Source: an uncultured Gammaproteobacteria bacterium
GTDB lineage: Bacteria; Pseudomonadota; Gammaproteobacteria; Halothiobacillales; Halothiobacillaceae
DNA: 42,238 nt
NCBI GenBank assembly: GCA_938004235.1
Contig: CALKWL010000339.1
Location: 1 to 42,238 of the forward strand
Reading direction: 5' to 3'
Shown here: one piece after another, positions 9,486-17,844 of the stretch
Position numbering within the stretch: position 1 is the stretch's first letter
How the letters are laid out: each line of letters begins with the position of its first letter
The notes under the pieces: model-generated
What the model was told of the DNA's origin: nothing
Databases searched by the model: none
Seen by the model: only the letters and a program-made list of their open reading frames with translations
Made by a program: the position numbers and the translations under genes

Positions 9486-10310
9486 TTAGCTGATCTGGTT
9501 GAATGGATTCATGCAAGGTTGCTGTAGGGCGCACATTTGCTCTTGAACAGGCTGCGGCGCGGTAGGGGGTGTTTCATCGCCCTCGCCGGGTTGCCAGGGA
9601 ATGCGCGGCAAGCCGTCAAGTGCACGCAGCAGACCCGCGCCCCATTTTTCGGTCAGCTCGCGGTAGTAGGGGTCATCTTCGTTGAGTTTGATGCGATAGG
9701 GCTGATCGATCATGTCGCGCTGCAAAATCAGCAGTTCGACTGGCGCGCCGACGCTCAGGTTGCTGCGGATGGTGGAGTTGATGGAGACCAGGGCGCAGCG
9801 TGCAGCGGTTTCCAGATCGGTTTCGGGCTGGATGACGCGATCCAGAATGGGCTTGCCGTATTTGGTTTCGCCAATCTGCAAAAACGGGTGTGCAGGCGGC
9901 TCATGAATGAAATTGCCCTGGGCGTAGATCATGTACAGTTCGGGCGCCTGACCAAGAATCTGGCCGCCAAAAATAAAGGTGGCTTCGAAGTTGGTGTTGG
10001 CCGTGTCGCGGGCTTGTTGCTGGCGTTGCACATTGGTGCTCAGTTGCGCGACAAAATCCACGGCAGCGTGCATATTGGGCATGGTGCTCAGGATGGGTTG
10101 ACCGTCTGCACCTAATTGGTGCATCTGTTTGACCACCTCCTGCGTCGTGGCCAGATTGCCGGCGGCCAGGAGAACAAACATGCGGTTTCCGGGAAAGCGG
10201 TAGCAGTGCATTTTGCTGTAGGTACTGATGTGGTCGAGACCCGCATTGGTACGTGAATCGCTGGCGAATATGAGGCCATTGTTCACGTGAATTCCGACAC
10301 AGTAGGTCAT
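9486..10310 (-). CDS. Anbu proteasome-type Ntn-hydrolase (ancestral beta-subunit)
   Basis: MTYCVG..ASDSRTNAGLDHISTYSKM, AGNLATTQ, FLQIGETKYGKPILDR, STIRSNLSVGAP; Thr at mature N-terminus. Confidence 0.93.
   Translation of the reverse strand: MTYCVGIHVNNGLIFASDSRTNAGLDHISTYSKMHCYRFPGNRMFVLLAAGNLATTQEVVKQMHQLGADGQPILSTMPNMHAAVDFVAQLSTNVQRQQQARDTANTNFEATFIFGGQILGQAPELYMIYAQGNFIHEPPAHPFLQIGETKYGKPILDRVIQPETDLETAARCALVSINSTIRSNLSVGAPVELLILQRDMIDQPYRIKLNEDDPYYRELTEKWGAGLLRALDGLPRIPWQPGEGDETPPTAPQPVQEQMCALQQPCMNPFNQIS
10107..10123. promoter_or_regulatory. NtrC-type enhancer box inside the Anbu CDS
   Basis: Perfect palindrome TGCACC-TAATT-GGTGCA, about 285 bp upstream of a sigma54 motif. Confidence 0.55.
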
Positions 10311-10406
10311 GGGCTTTATCCTGAGAACTTCGTGTGGGGGGGAGTGTAACAAGGGTTCGGTATAAGCGAGTCAGAAAAATAAGCCAGAAATGCGCCATCT
10401 CGTATA

Positions 10407-10422
10407 TGGCCTCAAGATTGCT
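10407..10422 (+). promoter_or_regulatory. Sigma54 (-24/-12) promoter of the ATP-grasp/alpha-E operon
   Basis: TGGCCTCAAGATTGCT: GG-N10-GC; followed by RBS aggagg and ATG 10449. Confidence 0.7.
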
Positions 10423-10448
10423 AGGTTGCTGAACAGGAGGAACGGACT

Positions 10449-11891
10449 ATGCGCTGCGAGAGTTATCCGAAAACATCGTTCTACGATGAGTTGATTGATG
10501 AGCGCGGTGAACCGCGCGCAACGGCCAAAGCCTTGTGTGCGCACCTGAACCTGCAAAGCGCCGAAGATTTGCGCGCCCGCAGGGAAGCTGTAGACGCTGC
10601 GATCATGACCATGGGCATCAGCTTTACGGTGTACAGCGATGCGGGAAATATCGACCGTGCTTGGCCATTTGACCTGATTCCGCGCATTGTGCCGGAGCGT
10701 GAATGGAAGCAGATTGACGCGGGCTTAAAGCAGCGTCTGCGCGCCTTGAACATGTTTATCGAAGATATTTACAACGAGCAGGACATCGTGCGCGAAGGCG
10801 TGTTTCCGGCGGATGTGCTGGAAGGCTCAGTCAATTATCTTGCGCCCTGTGAGGGCATGAAGCTGCGTTATGGCGCGTGGGCGCATATTTGCGGCACGGA
10901 TCTGGTGCGCGGCGGCGACGGGGTGATGTATGTGCTGGAAGACAATCTGCGCGTGCCGTCCGGCGTGTCCTATATGTTGGAAAATCGCGGGTTGATGAAG
11001 CGCCTTTTGCCGGAGCTGTTTGCCGACCAGGCCATTCTGCCGCTGGATGATTACACCACGCGCCTGTACGAAATGCTGGCCTCGCTCTGTCCGCGCGATA
11101 CGGAGCATCCGGTGATCGTGGTGCTGACGCCGGGGGTGTACAACTCGGCGTATTTTGAGCATAGCTATCTGGCGCAACAGATGGGTGCGTATCTGGTTGA
11201 AGGTACGGACTTGAGTGTTGATGCGGATGATGTCGTGACCATGCGCACGGTGGCCGGGCCGCGTCGGGTCGATGTGATTTACCGCCGGGTGGATGACAAG
11301 TTCATTGACCCCGAAGTGTTCCACAAGGATTCCGTTTTGGGCGTGCCCGGTTTGATGCGCGCCTGGCGCGCCGGCAAGGTGGCGATTGCCAATGCGCCCG
11401 GCTCGGGTGTGGCGGACGACAAGATCGTGTACACCTATGTGCCTGACATGATTCGCTTTTATCTGAATGAAGAGCCGATCCTGCCGAATGTGCCCAGTTA
11501 TCTGTGTATGCGCGAGGATCACCGCGAGTACGTTCTGGCGCATCTGGACGAGCTGGTGGTCAAGCCGGCCAATGAGTCCGGCGGCTACGGCATGTTGATC
11601 GGTCCCAAGGCGAGCGAGGCGGAGCGCGCCGAGTTTGCCAAGCGGATTATTGCCGAGCCGCGCAACTACATGGCGCAGCCAATGCTGGCGCTTTCCACCG
11701 TGCCGACTTTGATCGGCGACGAGCTTGCGCCGCGCCATGTGGACTTGCGCCCGTTTATCCTGCAAGGCAAGGAGATGAGCGTGACCACGGGCGGGCTGAC
11801 CCGCGTGGCCATGCGCGAGGGTTCGATCGTGGTCAACTCCAGTCAGGGCGGCGGCAGCAAGGACACCTGGATTGTGAAGGAGGGCGTGTAA
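10449..11891 (+). CDS. Circularly permuted type 2 ATP-grasp peptide ligase
   Basis: WPFDLIPR, VLEDNLRVPSGVSY, VLTPGVYNSAYFEH, VDVIYRRVDD, VVKPANESGGYG, HVDLRPF, VVNSSQGGGSKDTW. Confidence 0.95.
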   Translation: MRCESYPKTSFYDELIDERGEPRATAKALCAHLNLQSAEDLRARREAVDAAIMTMGISFTVYSDAGNIDRAWPFDLIPRIVPEREWKQIDAGLKQRLRALNMFIEDIYNEQDIVREGVFPADVLEGSVNYLAPCEGMKLRYGAWAHICGTDLVRGGDGVMYVLEDNLRVPSGVSYMLENRGLMKRLLPELFADQAILPLDDYTTRLYEMLASLCPRDTEHPVIVVLTPGVYNSAYFEHSYLAQQMGAYLVEGTDLSVDADDVVTMRTVAGPRRVDVIYRRVDDKFIDPEVFHKDSVLGVPGLMRAWRAGKVAIANAPGSGVADDKIVYTYVPDMIRFYLNEEPILPNVPSYLCMREDHREYVLAHLDELVVKPANESGGYGMLIGPKASEAERAEFAKRIIAEPRNYMAQPMLALSTVPTLIGDELAPRHVDLRPFILQGKEMSVTTGGLTRVAMREGSIVVNSSQGGGSKDTWIVKEGV

Positions 11892-12844
11892 TGCTCGCGC
11901 GTGTCGCTGAAAACCTGTACTGGATGGGACGGCAGCTTGAGCGTGCCGAAAATACCGCGCGTTTGGTAAATGCCACTACCCAGGTGCTGCTGGATTCGCC
12001 TACGGGGATTGAGCTGGGCTGGGATGAATTGACCCGGGTGATGGGCTTCCCTTCTACGCAGGGCGTGACTGAAGCTGACGTGGTGCATCTGTTTCTGCTT
12101 GATCAGGACAACCCGGGCTCGATTGTGGTGAGTTTGCGTCAGGCGCGCGAGAATGCGCGTTCCCTGCGTGAAGTACTGCCGCGTGAAGCCTGGGAGCAGT
12201 TGAATTCCCTGCATTTGCGTGCGCCTGCGCTGATGACCGCGGCGTTGGAACGCTCGCGGCGTGATGCGGCATTACGTGAGGTCGTGGATGCGCGTTTGTT
12301 GCTGGCGGGTTTGCTGAACGAAACCATGAGCCATGATGCCGCGTTTCAGTTTTTGCGCCTGGGCGCCTTGCTGGAGCGTGCAGACATGACCTCGCGCATC
12401 GTGGATATCAGCAGCGCCGTGGCCTGTACCGCGCCGGGAGGCTTGGGCATGGAAACCACCTGGATCAGTATCCTCAAGGCTCTGAGCGGTTTCCAGATGT
12501 ATCGTCGTCACAAAAATGTACGCATCTCGCCTAAGGCTGTGGTGAGCTTTTTGTTCTCCGATCCGCGTTTTCCGCGCGCGATTCGTTATTGCCTGGAGAA
12601 TATCGAGAGCATTCTGGCCGAGCTTCCCGATCCTGCCGACCCCTTGCGCTCTGCGCGTCAGACCGCGCGCCTGCTCGCCAAGGTGGAACACAGCATGGAG
12701 CTGAATGATGGTTTGCCGGTCTTGATCGACGAGATTCAGCAACGCCTATGCGAGTTGCACAATGCCATTCATGAGCACTATTTCGCCAAGCCGAAGCCCG
12801 AGGCCATTGAGCCTGCACAGACCCAAAATATGGCGGAGGCCTGA
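11891..12844 (+). CDS. Alpha-E domain protein (DUF403 type)
   Basis: MLARVAENLYWMGRQLERAENTAR, ARENARSLRE, LERADMTSRI, FPRAIRYC; start overlaps the ATP-grasp stop. Confidence 0.93.
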   Translation: MLARVAENLYWMGRQLERAENTARLVNATTQVLLDSPTGIELGWDELTRVMGFPSTQGVTEADVVHLFLLDQDNPGSIVVSLRQARENARSLREVLPREAWEQLNSLHLRAPALMTAALERSRRDAALREVVDARLLLAGLLNETMSHDAAFQFLRLGALLERADMTSRIVDISSAVACTAPGGLGMETTWISILKALSGFQMYRRHKNVRISPKAVVSFLFSDPRFPRAIRYCLENIESILAELPDPADPLRSARQTARLLAKVEHSMELNDGLPVLIDEIQQRLCELHNAIHEHYFAKPKPEAIEPAQTQNMAEA

Positions 12845-12880
12845 ATAGTGCGAAGATTTTCAAATGCTTAGGACAATACC

Positions 12881-13192
12881 ATGGATACGATGACGATGCA
12901 GAAGCTGGCGCGTTTCAAAATCATGACGCGCCGATTGGGTGGTTTTAACGTCGATATCTTCCGCTTGGCGCAGGCCGACGATTATGCTCGCGAGATTCTG
13001 GCGCGCGCGCAGGAAGTGGATAACGAGACGCTGGTGTTGTTGGCGCTGGAACTCTCGGATGCGCTCGGCCTGCTGGAGGCGCCCGAAGCTGAGAATAAAG
13101 TCACGTCGTCGCCCATTAAACCGAAACATGCCGAACCTATTGTGGCCGAGGGTAAAGATACCCACAATTACACCTACGGCGCGCGGTTTTAA
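12881..13192 (+). CDS. Small hypothetical protein with helical core, flexible linker and C-terminal YTYGARF tail
   Basis: RBS aggac before ATG; co-directional between alpha-E and the ATPase gene. Confidence 0.75.
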   Translation: MDTMTMQKLARFKIMTRRLGGFNVDIFRLAQADDYAREILARAQEVDNETLVLLALELSDALGLLEAPEAENKVTSSPIKPKHAEPIVAEGKDTHNYTYGARF

Positions 13193-13242
13193 ATTTTCCA
13201 GGGATGGAATAAAACAGCATTTACCTAATTAGAGACACAGAT

Positions 13243-13935
13243 ATGGCGGACATTCATTTCATTGGCGGCGAAAAGGGCGGCGTGGGCAAATCCATGATGG
13301 CGCGTATTCTGGCGCAGTATTTCATTGACCACGAGCTGCCGTTTATTGGTTTTGATGCCGATAAGTCGCATGGCGCCCTGCTGCGCTTCTACAGCGACTA
13401 TGCTTCCAAAGTGGCGGCGGACAGCTATGAGAGCCTGGATCTCATTGTCGAAGCGGCCACGGCGGATTTTGATCGTCCCGTGCTGGTTGATCTGGCCGCG
13501 CAAACGCAGGACGCCCTGATGCGCTGGATTGACGACTCCGACGTGCTTGGCCTCGCCAGTGAATTGGGGCTGGGCATTCGTTACTGGCATGTGATGGACT
13601 CGGGGCGCGATTCGGTGGACTTGCTCGCGGTGCTGCTGGAGCGCTTTGACGACAAGCTTGACTATGTGCTGGTGCTTAATCAGGTGCGCGGCGATGATTT
13701 TGGCATTCTCAGACAGTCTGGCCTGCTCGCGCGTGCGCAGGAACTGGGCGCGAAGGTCATGACCCTCAAGCGTCTGCATGAGGCCTCGATGGTGAAGATT
13801 GATGCGAGTAATAGCAGCTTCTGGGCGGCGACCCAAGGCGGGGCAGCGCATGAACTTGGACTGCTGGAGCGTCAGCGCGTGAAAATGTGGCTGAAGTCGG
13901 CGTATCAGGAAATCGATCAGCTCATGCAGGGCTGA
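13243..13935 (+). CDS. ParA/MinD-superfamily P-loop ATPase (MobD-like)
   Basis: IHFIGGEKGGVGKS deviant Walker A, FDADKSH, VLVDLAAQ. Confidence 0.85.
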   Translation: MADIHFIGGEKGGVGKSMMARILAQYFIDHELPFIGFDADKSHGALLRFYSDYASKVAADSYESLDLIVEAATADFDRPVLVDLAAQTQDALMRWIDDSDVLGLASELGLGIRYWHVMDSGRDSVDLLAVLLERFDDKLDYVLVLNQVRGDDFGILRQSGLLARAQELGAKVMTLKRLHEASMVKIDASNSSFWAATQGGAAHELGLLERQRVKMWLKSAYQEIDQLMQG

Positions 13936-14579
13936 AGACGCGCCAGCAATGCGGCGCCGTTGGCGTGGCGCTCCATGCGCATGATCGGTGCGCCAGTCCA
14001 GAGGCGCAGGTCGGCGTAGTTATCCATGCTGCGCGGCGTTTCGGCGTCAAGCTGATTCAGAATCACCCCGGCCAGCGTCAGCCCGCGATGTGTGACGGCA
14101 TGGATTCCTAGCAGCGCCTGGTTGATGGCGCCCAGTCGGTCGGGAACCACCAGCAGTATCGGCAGACCCAGCTTGGCAGCGAGATCGGCGTTCAGGCCAT
14201 CTTCGGCCAGGGGCGCAAAAAAACCGCCCGCGCCCTCGACCAGGATACAGTCTGCATTTTCCGGCATGGCGCAGGCCGGGTGTAATTCGGCCAGCATGAG
14301 CTTGCGCTTCATATGGCGTGCGGCGCGCGGCGGGCTGGGCGGTGCGCGCAGCGGGTTGGGGCAGATCGTCTCAAGCGTTTCCCATGCGCCTGCGGCGTGC
14401 CGGAGCTGTTCGGCATCCTGTGCAATCAGCACGCCGTCATGCTCGACGCAGCCGGATTCCACCGGTTTGCGTACGGCGACGCGGAGACCCTGCGCGTTAA
14501 GGGCGGCGGCGAGTTGAGCCGCAAGATAGGTCTTGCCCGACCCGGTGTCGCTGGCGGTAATGAAAAAACCTTGAGCCAT
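13917..14579 (-). CDS. bioD: Dethiobiotin synthase
   Basis: FFITASDTGSGKT, RKPVESG, LVEGAGG, LGAINQALL. Confidence 0.95.
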   Translation of the reverse strand: MAQGFFITASDTGSGKTYLAAQLAAALNAQGLRVAVRKPVESGCVEHDGVLIAQDAEQLRHAAGAWETLETICPNPLRAPPSPPRAARHMKRKLMLAELHPACAMPENADCILVEGAGGFFAPLAEDGLNADLAAKLGLPILLVVPDRLGAINQALLGIHAVTHRGLTLAGVILNQLDAETPRSMDNYADLRLWTGAPIMRMERHANGAALLARLQPCMS

Positions 14580-14586
14580 CAGAAGC

Positions 14587-14754
14587 TTAGCCCGAATGTT
14601 TCATAAATTCGCGCGATGATTGCGCAGGGTATTGTTCGTACAAGGCATTTTCCGAAGAAGTGCCGTATCGGGTTATACGGGCGACTGAGGAAAATGCCTT
14701 GTACGGGCAAGAGACCAGCGAGGGCGGGTGTAATTTATGAAACATTCGGGTTAA
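14587..14754. mobile_element. 168-bp MITE (family B)
   Basis: 23-bp TIRs ttagcccgaatgtttcataaatt / aatttatgaaacattcgggttaa (1 mismatch); internal hairpin gtacaaggcattttcc..ggaaaatgccttgtac; no coding capacity. Confidence 0.85.
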
Positions 14755-15400
14755 TGGGTTCAAAGCGACCTGTATCCGGGTTCCAGGCGCTTAGCAGTCC
14801 GCGCGCCATGTCGAAGTACCAGCCGTGGAGCTTGAGGTGACCGGAGCTCACGCGTGCGCGCACCATCGGAAACGTCAGCAGGTTTTTCAGTGAACGAATG
14901 ATCGAGTCTTTCTCGCACTCGTGCGCCAGACGGTTCATGTCGGCTTCTGGGTAATCGGCGCGCGCCTTGTCGTAGGCAGGCTTGGCCAGCGCCAGCCAGC
15001 GTCCGACCAGATGCGGGCTGTCGATATGCGCATCTTCCGGATTCTCGCATAGCGCGCGAATGCCGCCGCATTGCGAGTGGCCGTTAATGATGATGTGCTC
15101 AACCGCCAGCGAGTTGACGGCGTACTCAATCGCGGCGCTTACGCCGTGTTGCCCCGCATTGATTTCGTACGGCGGCACGATATTCGCCACGTTGCGGATA
15201 ATGAACAGCTCGCCGGGCTCGGTGCCGAACACAATGGCTGGATCCACGCGCGAGTCCGAGCAGCCTAAAAATAGCACGCGTGGATGTTGTCCCTCTCGCA
15301 CCAGCGCTTGGTAATAGGTGTCTTTGCGCTCAAAGCGCTCGCGGCGGAAATGCTGAAATCCAGCAACCAGTTTGTCGATGGGGGCGTGGTTATCGCACAT
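14735..15400 (-). CDS. Beta-class carbonic anhydrase
   Basis: GCSDSRVDP, GELFIIRNVAN, GHSQCGG zinc ligands. Confidence 0.96.
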   Translation of the reverse strand: MCDNHAPIDKLVAGFQHFRRERFERKDTYYQALVREGQHPRVLFLGCSDSRVDPAIVFGTEPGELFIIRNVANIVPPYEINAGQHGVSAAIEYAVNSLAVEHIIINGHSQCGGIRALCENPEDAHIDSPHLVGRWLALAKPAYDKARADYPEADMNRLAHECEKDSIIRSLKNLLTFPMVRARVSSGHLKLHGWYFDMARGLLSAWNPDTGRFEPINPNVS

Positions 15401-15424
15401 AGTTTTTGCTCATCGTTTCGGCCT

Positions 15425-16312
15425 TCATTGGGTCAGGCGTTGCAGGGCTTCACGGTATTTGGCTGAGGTGCGCTCGATAATCTCCGGCGGCAGCTCCGGG
15501 CCGGGCGCTGTTTTATCCCAGTCCAGCGCTTCAAGCCAGTCGCGTACAAATTGTTTGTCAAAACTTTCGGGACGCTTCCCCGGCGCGTAGCTGTCCAGCG
15601 GCCAGAAACGCGAGGAATCCGGCGTGAGCGCTTCGTCAATCAGGTGCAGTGTGCCGTGCTCATCGACGCCAAATTCAAATTTGGTGTCGGCAATGATAAT
15701 GCCGCGCGCCAGCGCGTATTCGGCAGCCTCTTTGTAAAGGCGCAGGGTCATGTCGCGCACCTGGGTCGCAAGCTCAAGGCCGACCAGGTTGACGGTTGCC
15801 GCGAAATCGATGTTTTCATCATGATCGCCCACCGCAGCCTTGCTTGATGGGGTGTAAAGCGGTTCTGGCAGTTTGTCGGCCAGGCGCAACCCGGCGGGTA
15901 GGGGAATCCCGCACACCGCGCCAGTGGCTTGGTAGTCCTTCCAGCCCGAACCAATCAGGTAGCCGCGCGCAATCGCCTCAATCGGCAGTGCCTTGAGTTT
16001 TTTGACCAGCATGGTGCGCGGCGCAAGTTCAGCGCATAGCGCCGCATCCGGAATAACATCTTCAAGCGCAAGATCGGTTGCCAGGTGATTGGGAATCAGC
16101 GACTCGAAATGCTTGAACCAGAACAGCGCCGTTTGCGTCAGCACCTCGCCCTTGCCTGCAATCGGCGTAGGCAGAATCACATCGAAGGCTGAGAGCCTAT
16201 CGGTGGTCACGATCAACAAATGCACATCATCCACGGCATAAATGTCGCGCACCTTGCCGCGGTGGATGAGTTGGAGATTAGGGATGTGAGAGTCGAACAG
16301 GGCAGCAGTCAT
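15425..16312 (-). CDS. purC: SAICAR synthetase
   Basis: [52 protein letters not shown]. Confidence 0.98.
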   Translation of the reverse strand: MTAALFDSHIPNLQLIHRGKVRDIYAVDDVHLLIVTTDRLSAFDVILPTPIAGKGEVLTQTALFWFKHFESLIPNHLATDLALEDVIPDAALCAELAPRTMLVKKLKALPIEAIARGYLIGSGWKDYQATGAVCGIPLPAGLRLADKLPEPLYTPSSKAAVGDHDENIDFAATVNLVGLELATQVRDMTLRLYKEAAEYALARGIIIADTKFEFGVDEHGTLHLIDEALTPDSSRFWPLDSYAPGKRPESFDKQFVRDWLEALDWDKTAPGPELPPEIIERTSAKYREALQRLTQ

Positions 16313-16399
16313 GGCAGGTTCACAGGCAAAGAATGACCGGCATTGTAGCGGGTAAGGGCTGAGACGAAGAAGCACCTGCTGCGGGAGGGGGATGGGCGC

Positions 16400-16591
16400 T
16401 CAGCCCTGGGTAAAGGCAATGGTGACAAAGGCAGCAAGCACAATGAGCGCCCCAAGTAGAGAGGCCGCAATAGAGAACTGTCCCATGGTTCTAAACTGCG
16501 GGCGTCTGGTTTGTGGGAAGCGCATCAGCGCGAATGTGATGCCAGAGGCGATCAGGCCAATAAGCAGGATTAGATAATGCAAGATATTCAT
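16400..16591 (-). CDS. Small two-TM membrane protein, hypothetical
   Basis: Two hydrophobic segments separated by a basic loop; co-directional with neighbours. Confidence 0.55.
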   Translation of the reverse strand: MNILHYLILLIGLIASGITFALMRFPQTRRPQFRTMGQFSIAASLLGALIVLAAFVTIAFTQG

Positions 16592-16597
16592 GGATTC

Positions 16598-16632
16598 GCA
16601 GCCAGTTTGTTTCAAGCCCGACAGGCTGTTGG
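16598..16632. repeat. Solo end of MITE family C
   Basis: gcagccagtttgtttcaagcccgacaggctgttgg aligns without gaps to 20524-20558. Confidence 0.65.
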
Positions 16633-16669
16633 CTGTGAGTACATCCGAATGAATATTCGCTACGGGCTG

Positions 16670-16900
16670 TCAACGCAGCAGAGCGTCCAGATGATCCACA
16701 GCTTCAGCCCAGTCCGCGTCCTCCTCCAGCGCTTCGCGGATGAACTGGGCTTGCGCTACCGTCCAGAACGGCGCATCCGCAAGGGCGAGCTCATAATTCA
16801 GCGGGCATTTGTCGGCAATAAAGGCATCGATTGATGCGGCATCCGAGGGCAGGCCGAGTTGGTCGAAAAGTTCAGTCAGGGGATGAAAACCATGTTCCAT
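16670..16900 (-). CDS. DUF2789-family protein
   Basis: LFDQLGLPSD..IDAFI..LADAPFWT.AQA.FIREAL.EDADWAE.VD.L pattern; RBS gaggtg. Confidence 0.85.
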   Translation of the reverse strand: MEHGFHPLTELFDQLGLPSDAASIDAFIADKCPLNYELALADAPFWTVAQAQFIREALEEDADWAEAVDHLDALLR

Positions 16901-17194
16901 ACATCACCTCGCGGCATTGAGTTGAAAGGGGGGCTTCCGATCGAGTCAGAGCCTCCCGCTCGGGGCAGGGAGACCCTGTTGCTTCATGACGCAAGTCATT
17001 GAAGTGCGCAAGACAGCTTGGAAATGTATCAGGCTGTCGAGTCTGTAACGCGCCCATGCCTGGATTCATTCAGGGTTTCCGAAGCGGGCTGGGCGGTTAT
17101 TCAGTCCTTGCCTTGTCTGACTTTATCGTAATTGCTGCACATTTCCACACCGGCGCATCGGAAAAATGGTGCAGGCTGGATGAGGTGCGCCGAC

Positions 17195-17343
17195 TTAGAG
17201 CCTGCTCAAAATCTCGATCAACGGATGCAGTGCAAGCGAAAAACCGCCGAAAAAGCGCAGCATAGACAGACTATGTGAGCATTTTGAGGTGGTTTTTTTG
17301 CGCCGCAATGCGCCGTTCAGCGAGATTTTGAACAGGTTCTTAA
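17195..17343 (+). mobile_element. ~149-bp MITE (family D, copy 1)
   Basis: TIRs agagcctgctcaaaatctcg / cgagattttgaacaggttct (18/20); second copy inverted at 20310-20445. Confidence 0.88.
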
Positions 17344-17370
17344 ATGCTGTGGAGACGGTGTTCGCCAATA

Positions 17371-17625
17371 TCATGGCGCCGTCTGCGCTTCCAGCCAGAC
17401 CAGCCAATGCAGTGCGTGCTCACGGCTGGTTCCGCACATTTCCTCGCTGGGCTGGAGCGAGCCGCACACCGCCGGGCGTTCGGGTGCGCCGAAAAGTTTG
17501 CAGCCCTCGGTCTCGTCAAGCTGGATGCAACGTAGCCCGGCAGGCTTGCCGTTTTCCATGCCGGGAATCGGGCTGCTGATGGAGGGCTCAATGCAGCAGG
17601 CGGCACAGTTGGGGCGGCAGTTCAT
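17371..17625 (-). CDS. YkgJ/YeiW-type CxxCxxCC cysteine-cluster protein
   Basis: [34 protein letters not shown]....C.LFG.PERP.VC. Confidence 0.88.
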   Translation of the reverse strand: MNCRPNCAACCIEPSISSPIPGMENGKPAGLRCIQLDETEGCKLFGAPERPAVCGSLQPSEEMCGTSREHALHWLVWLEAQTAP

Positions 17626-17692
17626 GGGATGACCAGCTATGGGAAGCGGAGCTTCATGGATGACGTCAGTTCGCTTTTGAACTTGACGTGCT

Positions 17693-17817
17693 TATTGCTC
17701 CGGCACGATTTAAACCGGAATAAGACATGAGCACCGTTCGCTCTGAGCCTGTCGAAGAGCCGTGCTTCGACAGGCTCAGCACGAACGGATTCATGAATAA
17801 ATCGTGCCGGATCAATA
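17693..17817. mobile_element. 125-bp nested palindromic element (family E)
   Basis: Outer TIR tattgctccggcacgattta / taaatcgtgccggatcaata (19/20); inner palindrome ccgttcgctctgagcctgtcgaag..cttcgacaggctcagcacgaacgg (17734-17788). Confidence 0.85.
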
Positions 17818-17844
17818 TTCAGGGGGGCGTCGGCTTTGAAAACA

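Noticed and set aside
13243-13935. Interpreting the MobD-like ATPase as evidence of a plasmid or ICE
   Set aside because: No relaxase, integrase, T4SS or att repeats; codon style matches the host
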